Part shown: piece by piece, positions 49,611 to 62,922 of the stretch
How positions within the stretch are numbered: the first letter of the stretch is position 1
Layout of the letters: each line of letters starts with the position of its first letter
Source of the DNA: Rhizodiscina lignyota
Taxonomy: Eukaryota
Assembly: GCA_010015805.1 (NCBI GenBank)
Contig: ML978122.1
Coordinates: 1,584,453 to 1,648,452 of the forward strand
Direction of reading: 5' to 3'
DNA length: 64,000 nucleotides
Made by a program: the position numbers and the translations under genes
The notes under the pieces: model-generated
Told to the model about the DNA's origin: nothing
Seen by the model: only the letters and a program-made list of their open reading frames with translations
The model's database searches: none

Positions 49611-51984
49611 ATGTCTAGAATGGAGAGACCACGCCCATATCGCTTAATCGGAATTGACCTTGGAACAACGTACGTTTATCAACTCGGAAATAAGCGGAAT
49701 AGGCATCTCACTGGACTCTAGGTTTTCTGGAGCTGCTTGGGCGTGGTCAGAACGAATCAAAGACAAACATGAACTGGTTATGAAATGGGAAGGCCTTCAA
49801 GGCCAAAGAACTAGTGCGAAAGTACCAACGCAGATATTGTATAAAGATGGGGAGATACGGTGGGGTTTCAATATCCCACCAGATGAAAAGCCTCTCCGAT
49901 TTTTCAAGCTACTGTTGCTTGAGAAGCAAGACATGAAAAAAGAAGTGCGAGAGTCACACTATGTCAAAGAGGCAGAAGAAATGATCCGAAAGCTGAACAA
50001 AACTCCTGTCGACGTCGTTGCAGATTATCTCAAGATGCTATGGGAGCATACCAAACAAGAGATGATCAACTCAGAGGGGCGCCACCAAGTGGAAGGGCAA
50101 CCGTTTCTCGTCGTCATAACATTCCCCGCTATTTGGCCATACTATGCGCAAGATCGGATGAAACAAGCAGCGACCGCTGCCGGCATTTTGGACCGTCGCC
50201 ATGGCGGGATGACAAGACTTGAACTTTGCCCAGAGCCTGAAGCTGCTGCGCTAGCTGTCATGGATGATAGCAAAGGACATTTAGTGGATGTAAGTCATTA
50301 CCTTGGACTCGCCGACAGGCCGACTGACTCTCCCAGGAAGGAGAAGCTTTTGTTGTATGCGATGTTGGGGGCGGAACTGCAGTACGTACTCGATCTAGTC
50401 TAATGACTTGAAGATATTGCTGATGCTGGAGGTAGGATCTCATTACGTATCAAATGGAAGATACGACAGAGTGGAGAATAGCGGAATGTGTCTCCGGGGA
50501 TGGTGAGACTTTATGAGACCACAGCAGTCAATGCAACGACTGACCATATGCCAGGAGAGCTCTGTGCAGGCGTCGCCTTGGATGAGATATTTCGCAGGAA
50601 GATACTCGAGTGGGTGCCGGAGAAAAAGTTGAAGCGCCTGACGGATACACAAAGATCGCAATGGTTGGAAGACTATTGGGAACTTGGCCTCAAACGAAGT
50701 TTCAATGGCGATGATAAGGAGTGGGAACTCCTTCTCCCGATACAGGCCATGGTTAACACGCGGATAAAGCTGCCTCGACTGAAAAATGGGTTTGGAAGTG
50801 CAACGCCACGTATCCACAGCAATACGCTTGTGCTTTGGAGGTACGTAGTCGAGCTTCCATTTCCGGGATCGTCAACTGCTGACCAATGAAAAGGTCGGAC
50901 GTCGTGACAGTATTCGATCCAGTCATCGAGCAAATACTCCACCTGATCAAGAAGCAGATCGAGCAAACATATAAGAAGATACGTCGGTTACCAAAGGTAG
51001 GGCCAACTTTTAGTACAGCTCAGCTGCCAGGATCTAACATGAAACAGGCAATTTTACTCGTAGGCGGATTCGGACAAAGCCCGTACCTCTTGCGGCGTGT
51101 TCAAGATCTTGTACGCGGTCGAGATATTGAAATTCGGCAGCCAACAGAACATCTAGCGTAAGTAGAGCTAGCTCCTTTTACGGGCTAATAGATTCCAAGC
51201 TGAAAGTTATGAATCAGATGGTCGGCAATATGTCGTGGAGCTCTCCAACGAGCATCAATCCTGAATGACTATGGTGGAGGAGGCATCATGCGTGCTAACA
51301 TCGCTTCGAGGGTTTCAAGATTGAGCTATGGCATCGTCATCCAAGAACCTTTCGACGAGAACAGACATATGGAGCAGGATAGAAGGTATCAGCACGCCCT
51401 CGACATAGACTGTGCCATGAATCAAATGCAATGGTACCTTCGAAAGGTCAGCATGTTGCCTGCCAAAATTGTGCAAATCATTGACTGACCTTCCACAGGG
51501 TGAAGATATCAGCGACAAAGAATCATTACGATTCCCTTGGAAACGAGTCATTGGAGCAGCTCCAAGGAAAAATCAGATCACCATTCTGCTCATGAAGTGT
51601 GCTGATGACGACCCTCCGACTCGGTGCGATGACAGCGTACAACACGAATGCAATATCACATGCACCGTCAGATCATTCGAGGATTTGCCATCATATAACA
51701 ACGAAGAGGGCGAATGGAGAGAAATTTACTTCGATCTCGAAATGAAAGTCAACGGGCCGCAGCTAGAGTTCACCGCGTACCACGACGGACGACGTCAGAT
51801 ATCCGTTCGAGTAAATCCACCATTCGGAATGCGCACTCAGGAGAGAGCCGTAGAGCTCTGGAGGGAGAATGGCGGTCCTTCTGAACTAAGTTCGCAAAGC
51901 CCTTCAGCGGCAGCATCGGACAGACAACTTGTAGAAGCGGTGAAACGACGGCTAAACTTTGGTAAGGCTCGGGAGAGCTCTTAG
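49611..51984 (+). CDS. Atypical Hsp70 / HSPA12-like actin-fold ATPase
   Basis: Spliced IGIDLGTT|FSGAAWA, VVADYLKMLW, VITFPAIW, PEPEAAA, DVGGGTA|DLITY, LVGGFGQSPYL, WSAICRGA, SRLSYG. About eight introns. Confidence 0.88.
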
Positions 51985-53200
51985 GAAACGTTTGAAGCCA
52001 ACAATCCTCCGAACCGCTTTTGAAAGGTATCTCATCTAATAAGAGAGCTTTGTACGACCATCACACGCCCAAGGCAACGTGTTCGCAGCCTCTTTCCTAC
52101 AGTAGCCACACTGCGAAGCTGGTAAGGCTTTCAAAGAGGCTGGCTCTATCGCCGCTTAGCAACACGCCGCCGACAAGTCGCGCTCGATAAAAGACCAGTC
52201 CAGCGCTGGATTCATATACAACTTTGGGCTTATCGAAATTAATATATAGATGAATAGCAGACATAGTGCGCAATTGAAAAGATTAGACCGATCTCGAAGT
52301 TTGTGTTGCATATCTATAAGAGGCTCATAATCTCCCGATTTAACGCTATTTCAATATGTGTTACTATATTTTAGGACCCAAAATGATAGAGAAGCCCTGG
52401 ATCTCATCCGGTTGGTCGCTTTACCGAGCTTGGCAGCGTCTCTCCACCTTAGGGGAAGACGCGACGAGATCCATTATCAAGTCTGTTATAACCAAGCACC
52501 CGGGAAGAATTTGTGTGCAAATCGGAATGTATATTCGATTCTATCTAGATTCAGCACCTGGTAGTCAAGCCGCAATTGAAGGTTGAGCCTGCCTTGCGCA
52601 TGGCCGAGAACTTCAAACCCAATGACTTCGCGAAGAGGATCGGTTTAAGGCCGAAGACCGGTTGCGAAAATATATGCTGAGCATGTGTCTAGAGTGCATG
52701 TTCGCTGCCCTGAATAGATCGTGTGCCTTATATATATAATAGTATAATCCATCTTCGGGATTGAAGACAATTCGAGAGTTAGCCAAGTCGAGAGATTCGT
52801 GAACTCGACGCCCTCCCAGACGCGACACCAGGATAAGTAAACTTCAGTTCGGCTTATATTGTAAGGAACAACAAAATCATCCAAGTTACAGATTTCTCCT
52901 TCAGAAGAAGCGAAAGGCATTCGCAGTCTTTGAGCGTCGCCTCCTCGCATTCAACCAAGAGGGACGCGCACATGCACGATGTCGAGGTACAAGAACGATA
53001 GCACAGTTGTGACTATAATAATGTCTTGATAATACATGGAACTATATAACTGGGAAAGACGATGCGACACAGCAAAAGAAGCAAAAGTGTTCAGATACCG
53101 CCACGTAATTGCCAGCCAGACCCTCGGCGCACCATTCGAAGCAATGTTACAAGCTACAAGATACCATGTCTCTTTGCACTGCTAACCCTCACGTAGCATC

Positions 53201-55742
53201 TCAGACAGGCATACCGAAATCATCCCCTTGTCCATCCCTTCCAGAAGTGAGGCCCGTAACTCGCACGATTTCGTGCCACTGATCGTCGATTTTGGGGTCT
53301 TTCTTGCCCGTCAAGTCTCCAGGGGTGTAAACAACATCTCCATTCTTGTTTGTCAACTTCACCCGGCGTGTTTCTGCTGCGTTCTCATCCTCTTTCAGGA
53401 CACCTTTGTTCCTTAGGTATTGGTCACACCACTCTGCGGCATTGGCAATGTAGCTGTATCGCACAGCGCCAATATTAGTTTCTTGGGCCTTCTTTCTGCT
53501 TTCAGGCAGGCCCCTCTCTTCCCACTCTTTGTCTTCCCACAGAATCTGCCCGACCAGAAGCAAGGCTGTGGCATCGATCGAGACATCTTCCTTTTGGGTT
53601 CTTTGCTTGCCCCTTTGCCTGGGCGAGTAGCTGGACTTCGGATTCAGGGGCGATGGTGGAAGATCTATTTTCTGACTGTCGACGAGGCTTTGGAGGAGCC
53701 CGCGGCAGGTGAAAGCCAAGCCGAAATAGTCGATTGAGAGGCGTTCTATGTCTTTCGTCATGTGCTCCACAAAACTTGGGAGAAACTTCAGTGGATCGAG
53801 AGGCTTGAGATGCTTAAGCTTTCTGCAGCAGATTGTCAGCGCCATTGCATAGATCAGAGAGGTGTGTAACAATGAAAGAGTTTCGTTCGTCACAAAGCAG
53901 ATTGCCATTTGAGCTGTGGGTAAGTAGAGATGCTCAAACTTACATTCCCATATTCTTCTGCATGATGTGATGGATCCCCTGGAGCATACGAGCCAGGTTT
54001 TCGCTCCCTCCGAAATATTTGCAAAGCGCGAGGGCGGTTTCAGAGACTGAAAGGCAAGATGGCCCTGGACCTTTCGTGGAGCCATATCCGCCCTTTGCCT
54101 CTATGCGAATGAAATATCCTGGATTGTCGGGCCTCCATAGCTTCTTTTACGACGGCTTTACGCCATAGCGAAGCGTGTGGCGGTTATAGATGTCCGCTGG
54201 CGTCTGTGGTAAAGACCCGAAGAAGAGGCTGTCCAAGTGCAAGTGACCCGCGGAGTTCCTTGAAAGGTCGTGAGGCCATTGCACCAAGCTCTTCATTGAT
54301 ACGCATCACCATGGTGGCCGCGAAAACCATGTGAGTCGTAAGACTGCATTCTCCGAGTTTCATCATTGTCCTGGTAAATTCATCCTTGATCATTACCCTG
54401 TGCGACTGCCCGAATCGTTTGTGCTTAAAGTTTGTTTCGATCAGGTCTCTGGCCAGAAACGTCTCCATCAATAGCTGCGTGAGGAACACATCTGCCTTTA
54501 CGATTTTGCGGAATCTTTCACTATTGCCAATCTTCTCGATTTCGTCTTCTTCCATGTCGCGAGTGGCGCACATTTGAACAAATTCGACCAATAGCAGTGG
54601 TACGCGAGGATATGGTTTCATTGACGGTCCCATTGCTGCCAAGTTTCCACGATCTTGTCGTAAAACAGTGGACAAATTCTTTCTTCCCGTGCCCTTTTCA
54701 TTTTCGAATGCGCGGCAGAATTTCGTGAGTATAACGGACGTATCGAAGAAAAAGAACTCTCCAGCTTTAGTAGGCACCAACTTTGGATGAGGCTCTTCGC
54801 AGCCAGTGATGATCGCAAGAAGAATGCCAATCAGCCGCGAGTATGGAAAGTCGGCTTCGAAAAAGGTGATAGGCGCCAATTTCTTGAGACGTTTCTCCGA
54901 TGGTAGAGAATCTATCACTTGCCGCTCCAGGCGCTCCACGAGCACAATTGCAGCGTTGGTGGCGGCACTTGCGACAACAATATCCACAGTGCCGGCCTTG
55001 TACTTGCGCCAGATCTCCATGACTTGGCGTTCGAGTTTATGCACGTCCATGAGGAAGCATATTATCCGCATGAAGAGATCCTCACGCATGTTACGGTCAT
55101 CGTTGACCTGAGTCGAAGTGTGATGGGTCGAGTCGGCGTCATCTTTACCGTTTCGAAGATTTGTTCGAGGGCCAACTGCGAGATGTGCAGCGACTGCACT
55201 GTAGTCTTCGCAATCCTCCACTTCGAGCAGGGAGAACCGATTAGTTAGGTCTTGGAGAGGACTCTGCTCTTGCGTGACGGGGGGACGAGGTAGAGCATTT
55301 GAGCGGCTGGAGGCAAGCATTAGCATCAATTACAACAATGGAAGAACTATAGCAAGCGGGAAGAGTTCAAAGTCCTTAAACTACCGGGAAGGACTCACTG
55401 TTGGAGGAGCAAATCAAGCGCTTCTTCAAGAACGCCTGTAAAATGCTCGTGCTTTTCATTCGCTTCCCCCTTAGCGTCGAACTTCCTGTATTGGGAAGTG
55501 ACCAGTTTCCGTAGCCTTATTGCGCGAGAGGCCAGTCGAGAGACAGAATTTGGTAGATGAAGCGTTGGCGAGATTGAGCTCACGATGCATTTCGCTTGAA
55601 CGATCATCTCCTTGATAGGATTGGTGTTTGGAGGAGCGAAGTAACCACATGCTTGAGCAGCATGAGATAGCCACGTCATGAAGATAGACGTGTCATTTTT
55701 GTACTGCTCGTAGCTGCCTTTAGCCAACCCAATCTCAGCCAT
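53201..55742 (-). pseudogene. DUF6604-family protein, disrupted
   Basis: N-terminus SYEQYKNDT..FMTWL, RAIRLRK, HEHFTGVLE and later NRFSLLEVED. Premature TAA at 54184-54186, followed by inconsistent frames before the C-terminal exon. Confidence 0.65.
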
Positions 55743-56654
55743 GTCTGTGAGGGGGCGCTAAGGCGAGCGCGACGCGGTTGTACTTGGCAGTCAAGGTTGA
55801 GTTGGCCGTTGAAGTAGTGTTCTTCGTGCTTTCTGATATGGGAATGTAGGAAAGTGGTGATGATGGAAGGGAGTGTAACGGAAATGAGCGACGTTGTGAG
55901 TCTGAAGTGCGACTGAAGTGCAGTCGCGTGCGGGAAGGGAAGGCGCGCTTGAGAAGGCAGCTACGTTGGAAGGCTTGACAGACGCCAACAACACTCTGAA
56001 CATGCAAAATAGATATTAAAGTATACTCTACCGTACTCACCTATTGATGAGAAGAGGAATGAGCGTTCTTTCAAATGCACTGGCAAGTTGCCCGCTCAGC
56101 ATTTTCCTGGCTGGCGCTCTCCCATCACGTTACTCTTCTCCTTCTTTTTGGAGTACAGTCTCACATTTACCCCTGCTATTGAGAATTTTCCCATAGGAAC
56201 CATTGCTCTTAGTGGACCTGTTGACAGGTGAGGAAAAGTGTCTTTCTACTTCCTTTCGGCGCGGACCCCAATTTTTTCGCAACTCTCAAAACGCTTCTGC
56301 GTTTCAATCAAGTCGATTTCGAACACAGAGTTCCGAACACATATCGATGTCGGTCTGTTGGGAACATTGTTTGTACATGCCATTGAAGTTGAATGGGACC
56401 AGATCATTGCAATCAACGTGCTTGTGATGACGTTGAGTTGAGCGAAAACCGGCCCGCGATGTATGATGCCGATGCCCCTTTTTCCGACACCAGGGTTAGG
56501 GTTGTATGCGGAGCTTTCCACTCCGGATAACCGTACGATTCAGTGATGCTTCTGTGATTTTGAAAAGAAACGGGAGGAACTCCTTAGCCATATCTTTGAA
56601 CGTTTCTTTTCCCCGTTATCATTCGCCTTGATTGATCATCTATAGAAACCCATT

Positions 56655-57617
56655 ATGGCGAACTTTCCGCCTCTCCAGCAGCCTCAAGTCCTCGTTGGAG
56701 AGGTCTTCAGCCGTGTTCCAGAAGAGCATCGACGATCTCAATCGACATATGCTTTTGTGCGGCATGGAAACAAAGGAGGCGTCCACTCATTTTTGGAGGG
56801 ACCTGTCATCGTTGAAGGCAAGCTCTACATGGTCGATATAGCACACGGTCGTATTTTCGCCGTTGACTTGTCAAATAACTCCTGGGACGTTGTCATTGAT
56901 TATGGCGGCCAGCCCAACGGCCTGGCGTGGCATCCTGTGCGGAAAGAAATCCTCATTGCAGACAGGAAAAATGGAATTATGGGGCTGGACCCCAAGACCA
57001 AAGAGCTGAAGACAGTATTGGTGACCATCAATGGGGAGTGGTTCAAAGGGCCGAATGACTTGGTAGTAGCTGGGGACGGGAGTATACTTTTCACAGACCA
57101 AGGCACAACAGGATTACATGATCCGACCGGCCGCGTGTACAGGCACTGGCCAGACACTGGAAGGACCGACATCATCATTAGCAATGGCCCGAGCCCCAAT
57201 GGGCTGCTACTGAATAAGGAGGAGAATCTTCTCTTCGTTGGAATGACGCGCGACAATTCCGTTTGGCACGTCCCATTGAACGCGGACGGCAACGTAACTC
57301 GCGCTGGTAGATTCTCCAGCTACTACGGACTCGGTGGCCCGGACGGAATGACTTTAGACTCAGAGGGTAACTTGTTCGTTTGCATCGTCCGGTTAGGTCA
57401 CATCTTCGTTCACGCGCCTGATGGATCGCCGCTTGCAAGAATCATCATGCCCGAAGGACTTGGAAAATCTGTGACAAATCTAACTTGGAGTGTGAACGAG
57501 GAAGGCGGCGAAGGGGAGGGGAAGACGCTCTATATCACGGAAAGCGACTCAGGAACTGTCGTGAAGGTTGACTGGAACGTTAAGGGATGGTTGGGCAAGA
57601 TATACTATGGGAGCTAG
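56655..57617 (+). CDS. SMP-30/gluconolactonase/LRE family lactonase
   Basis: FLEGP, PNGL, GPNDL, FTDQG, PSPNGL, GPDGM (metal-ligand motifs of the six-bladed propeller). Intronless. Confidence 0.9.
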   Translation: MANFPPLQQPQVLVGEVFSRVPEEHRRSQSTYAFVRHGNKGGVHSFLEGPVIVEGKLYMVDIAHGRIFAVDLSNNSWDVVIDYGGQPNGLAWHPVRKEILIADRKNGIMGLDPKTKELKTVLVTINGEWFKGPNDLVVAGDGSILFTDQGTTGLHDPTGRVYRHWPDTGRTDIIISNGPSPNGLLLNKEENLLFVGMTRDNSVWHVPLNADGNVTRAGRFSSYYGLGGPDGMTLDSEGNLFVCIVRLGHIFVHAPDGSPLARIIMPEGLGKSVTNLTWSVNEEGGEGEGKTLYITESDSGTVVKVDWNVKGWLGKIYYGS

Positions 57618-58047
57618 TCGAGATGCAACATTGCTCTCACAAAAGCCAAAAAGCAATATGTTACCTTCGACTCTTGCCACCTTCCTTTGAATTTCAACCA
57701 CCTGCTTCTTGTCATGCATTGCAACAATATCCTTGGCTGTCTTTACTTTCAACACTCGAATTATCGAATCCGAGCGATCTAATCTCACCCCTGTCCTGCT
57801 AGCTGGCTCCTTCATAAAAGACATGCCAATGCTGTGAAGCACACCCCAATGCGGGATTGTCAATCCACGTAGAGCTGTACGCACATGGAAGATATAATAA
57901 GGGAGGTGACTTCCGAATGGGAGCCCGGAGTCTAAAGCCTTACTGAGGGGATTTGAAGCTTCACTTAAAGGTTCCAATGTCGTTCAGTCGAGCGAAGTGG
58001 ATGGAATGGCAATGTGATGGTGTCATGGATTTTTGTCTAATGACGAT

Positions 58048-59820
58048 CTAAACTTTCACATCTGATGCATCTACTGTTTCCACCATCTCCTTTTCACCCT
58101 TCATTTCGTAGGAGCCTCGACCTCTAAGTTTTGCTTCTAAAACGTGTTTGTAGTCATCCTTTGCAAATAGTAAGTCGATCTCCTCAAGACTGAGACCTTT
58201 TGTCTCTTTGACCGCAAACCAAACAAAGATGGCGGCAAGCACATTAAAGACGCAGAAGAGAAGGTAGAACTTCCAATGGATATTGGCGATCCCCATGGGA
58301 CCAAATTTGACGACCTGTAGCTGTCAGAGAGAGATCACATCGCGGTTTTAGAATCAACTCACAATGAATGTGATGATCCATTGCCCAAATATGCCCATTG
58401 ACGCGCCGATATGTCGATATTGAAGCGGAGCAATCTCCGGCACATAGACCCATGGCGCCGAACACCAGGAGGCACCAAAGAAGAACTCGAACAGAAATAT
58501 CGATGCCACTGCTAGCTTGTTACTGCTTGGGGTATTGACGGCAAGTCCAATGGTGAACAAGATCATCCACAGGGAGCACAAGACAGCTCCCCAGAACATG
58601 ACAGGTCGACGGCCCCAACGCTCGATCGTCCAGATTGTCGTTGCAGTACCCCCGAGGAAAACAAGTGTGACACCTCCAGAGGTGATCGACGCAGTGTCTT
58701 GCGACATGCCACAGCTGTTGATAAAGAGGTAGGTTGCGTAGTAAGAGACAATATTATTGCTAGCAGCAAATGTCAGCATGAGAAAAGCTTGAACTGGAGG
58801 CTGCTTGGGGACTGTGATGAGGACATAATTCAGACATAGTACTGTTGTCAATCCCAAGGAACTGGGCCCCTCATATTCTGCTCTGATGAAAAGACTCACC
58901 CATCCATCTGTTGAAAGAACTGAACCAAGAAACATAGCCACAGGCGCCATGTTGTGCGAATGGATGAATCGTCGTAGAATAGATTCTTGATGCCGAACTT
59001 TTGCTCTTTCTCGGCCTCGATAGCAGTGAATACGTCCTGCCTATGGTTTGCTACCACTGCACTGTCTGGGGATACACTGTAGATGCGAGCCATAACATCA
59101 TCTGCATCTGCGGTATGTCCCATCGCGTAGAGGTAGCGCGGTGACTCGGGCAAGAAGAAGATCATTGCCCAGGTCAGAATGATGTAAACAGTCTGGAACG
59201 CGATCGGAAACCGCCAGACGGCTGTAGTATTGGGGTGGTTGTGGATCATGCCATAGTCTGTCCAGTAAGCAATGGTGACACCCAGGATGACAATCGTGAG
59301 CTGTGTGGCCACAAGGGCTCCTCTAAAATTTGCCTTCGCCATTTCTGCGACCCAAATTGGCACAATTGTGCTGGTGATACCCATGCCGATGCCACCAACG
59401 ACACGACCACCAATCAGGTACGCAGTGCCGTGAGAACCCGCTTGGCAGCCCGCACCGACACAAAGCAATACACCTCCGACGGCGATAAAGATACGACGGC
59501 CGAATTTCTGGCCCACAAAACCCATGGAGATGCATCCTATCAAGCAGCCAATGTCGTATATTGCGACTATCGTGCCTTGCAGGTTTGTATTGTTCGGATC
59601 AATATGATTCTCTTCGAGAAATACTGGCAAAGCAATTAATCCGCCTAAAACTCCTTGGTCATAGCCTGTTTGACTCTGTTAGCAAAGAAGTTTAAAAAGG
59701 TTGGAATTGACCAAAGCACATACCGAATAGAGTAAATGCAAAAGCTGCGCAGAGCGTCACGCATCCTTGTAGCCAGAAGCCTCGCAACGAAGTGGCATAG
59801 CCTCTGTTGAACGCGCCCAT
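58048..59820 (-). CDS. Sugar porter family MFS transporter (STL1-like)
   Basis: LF|GYDQGVLGG, FGRR, GRVVGGIG, WRFPIAFQ, LPESPRYL, QFFQQMDG, ERWGRR, PWVYVPEIAP, ETKGLSLEEID. Three introns. Confidence 0.92.
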
Positions 59821-61067
59821 GATGAAAGTACCACTCCCAATGGCTTCGGGCGAGCTTGGCAATTAAATGTTGGTTATCTGAACGGATTCGGAAATGCTGG
59901 GAGCGATCTTGGCGGAAGTGGAGCCTCCGTCTGCGGGGACGCTTGAAAGTCTGGGGAAGTCTGGGGGAGTTTCTCCAGGGCGAGCCTGGGACGACATTTG
60001 TACTTACGACAAAGGCGTCTCAACACCTCGACGGGTATTTGACAAGAGAATATAGCCTTTGGTGAAATGTGGAGGATCATTATTAGCTTGCAGAAGACCC
60101 TGTTTTCACCGAAACATCCTGGCTCATGCCATAGAGAAATTGCTCCAAGTCCATGTCCAGGAATGAAGAGTGGCTGCTCCTCTCGGAACATAGATACCGA
60201 TCGCGCCATTGTCGTGCCGTCCCCATGATGATCGTTTTTTCATCGTGATATGCAATGCTAGGTAAAATTGAGAGTTCCCAGCTGATCCCTCAAGAAGACT
60301 GATCATTGCGAAACAAGGGGAAAGATGAAGATAGCGGAAAGTTAAATGTCACTGTAATACTATAACGATACAATGCAGAGTTGTGAGTGAAGAATCGCCT
60401 CTTGGAGACCAATGCTCCAGGAGCTTGATGGCTCGTCGCATAAGACGGTAAGATCGGTGACTTGAGGGAGGTATGAATAAGGTAAAGCAGTCCAATAGAC
60501 GTGAGGCTCGGAAAATGGGACCGAGAAAGACTGGAGAGCTATGTAGGCTACTTCGAGCCTCAGAGGCAGGGTAGAGAAAGAGGGGAGATGGCGAGGAGTG
60601 AAGATGTATACCGAACCGAAGGGGACCTGCACGCCCTGCCGCCGCCCAGGTAGAGGCTAAGCCGAAGTGGGGCTGGTAAAGCACTCAAGGGGATAAAATA
60701 GCTGGATGTCGAAAGGGCGAAAATATACAAGTTTTGACTTTAGAATATCGATGAAAGCACAGTCTCGCATATGTTAGCTGGGGTTTATTAAAACTAAGCA
60801 GTGACATTGAGCGAAACAAATTTTTCACTGAAGAACTGATTCACCTTAATATGTTGGTAATTTGTATTTTAGGCGCAACTTTTTTGTCATCCTCTAGCAA
60901 AGGCAGTTCTTTAAAGGGGCACACCAATTAGGCATCAGTCTGCCAAGCTCGAGAGGTTTCAGCTTTCTTGTGGCGTAGATCTCTTCATTATTGGCATCAC
61001 TTATTACAAGAGTGAAGAATTTTACTCAATCCTCATCCGGTTGCCGATATGCGGGCGTGATATCAGC

Positions 61068-62698
61068 ATGGCTCTAGCCTCAGAGAGGTTTGACGGGAAT
61101 GAGCCATACTTTGTCCCTTACAAATATGACGAAGTGGTAAACGACGGGTATCAATCTTGGGATGTCCTCATCTGTGATGACAATGAGAAGAGAGTAGCCC
61201 AACGCCGGTCTCTGAGCCACGACAAGATAATTCCTTGGATCCACGAGGTTTCTATCCGGATACTGGTTAACGTATGCCTGGCTAATCGATCGCTAGACAA
61301 ATCCCGCTCATGATGTGTCAGACGAAAGTCAGGTTCAAGTTCGAGTTCTGTACGCAGACTGCTCAAAATGATCGTGGCACGCTCTGATGTCCTGAAGGTT
61401 CTGCCCTGCACCAGAGCATGGATGGAAGCTCAGGGGCTTGCCTTTTTCGCAGGAGACCTACGATGACATGGCGAAAGCCTGGTCGTTGCCTTGGCGGTTT
61501 GAACGTCTGGCTTTCCAAAACATCCCGGTATCGATCCGGCATACAAACTTCCACCCAGACGGTTCTCAAACACGAAGTACATTCTCCGATGCACTTAAGA
61601 TTCAGAGGCCATAGACTAATCAAAGAGAAGCACTTTTACTCAAGAATGAGCCCAACTGGCCGTTTCAATTTGCACTTGCTGTCGTACACAATACAGCGAA
61701 TAGAACAATTCACTGCATCTGTATTGGTTTGGGCGAAGACGAGACGGAGAATACCATCAAGACTATGGACAGCGCGCTTCAGCGTAACCTACATGTGGTG
61801 GCGAATGAGCTCTTCGTCCCTGTGACATTGATGGATATCTGCCTCATTTTGATGTCAGAGAAGACTCTTTATTCGTACCAGAACCTTCTTTGGGAAATTC
61901 AGTCATCGACAGGCCTGCATGGTGGACGTGCCTGGGATATCTCGCAAAACCCGAAAAATGAGAGCTTAGATGACGCTATTATTCAGCTTACTGCGCTCTC
62001 AGACTCCTGCACAAGAGCAAATTCGCGGGTCCAGACTTTGAAGCGAATGTTGGTACCAATTGAAGAGATTCTCTCGGAACAAATGAAGAGAGACGTGGAA
62101 AATGCCGAAGAAATCCGACACGCGGTCTCTTTACTCGATCAAGCTATCGCCGGATCGAAACAGCATTTGGAATGGTTCCAGGCAAGCATCCAAAGTCAAG
62201 TACAGACTGTAAGGGAACCGGAAGGATACTGAGAGTGCCTTACCTTGCCATTGCTGACAACGAGCAGATTTACAGCCTTACGAGCCAAGTAGATAGTCGG
62301 ACGAACATCAATATGGCTGCGAGCGGCCAAGGACAGTATGTACATGCGCATCATCGGATTCGTCACCTTTGATTCCTCCCTGGGACATTTGTTGCTGTGA
62401 GTCTGCTCCTGTCTTCCGGCCAGGTACGAGAAAGGCATTCTCTCAACTGATTTGGCATCGGCAGACGCTGTTTAGCACAAGCTTCTTCGATTTTCAACCG
62501 GGTGACACACACAAGGTTGTCTCTGGCTGGATTTGGCTATATTGGACTGTTACTGCGGGCCTTACGCTGCTCGTTTACGTTGCATGGTGTTGGATGTCCG
62601 GGTCGTGGCCATCGTGGACGCGCTGGAGCCAGAGCCAAGGTCGCCATTGGCACAAACGGACCGCATTCCCTGAGAAAGAAGATCGAGCTAAGATGTGA
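61068..62698 (+). pseudogene. Fungal CorA-like membrane protein, apparently disrupted
   Basis: C-terminal signature AKDSMYMRIIGFVT / FLPGTFVA|TLFSTSFFDF...WIWLYWTVTAGLTLLV. The AKDS segment is out of frame with its flanks and TGA is in frame at 62370-62372. Confidence 0.65.
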
Positions 62699-62922
62699 AT
62701 ATATTAAGCTTGGGGCGGGGACTATTCGAACCGATTCATGATGGGCGCAGGCGCCGACTCAGACTTGCAAGACGATGGCGACTTCACTGCTGTCAGGTCT
62801 GAACCCCGAGCTCAGCAGATCCGACAGCGCAGAGAGACTTTGGACAGTTATAGCATTGACAGTTCTAAGGAATAACCATAAATACAGCTGACTAGGGAAT
62901 CAAAAAGCCCGTTGCGAATTGA

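Noticed and set aside
52200..53100. Short ORFs after the Hsp70-like gene as a possible third module gene
   Set aside because: No coherent exon chain or motif could be built.
56492..56503. AGGGTTAGGGTT telomere-like sequence
   Set aside because: Only two units, which is expected by chance.
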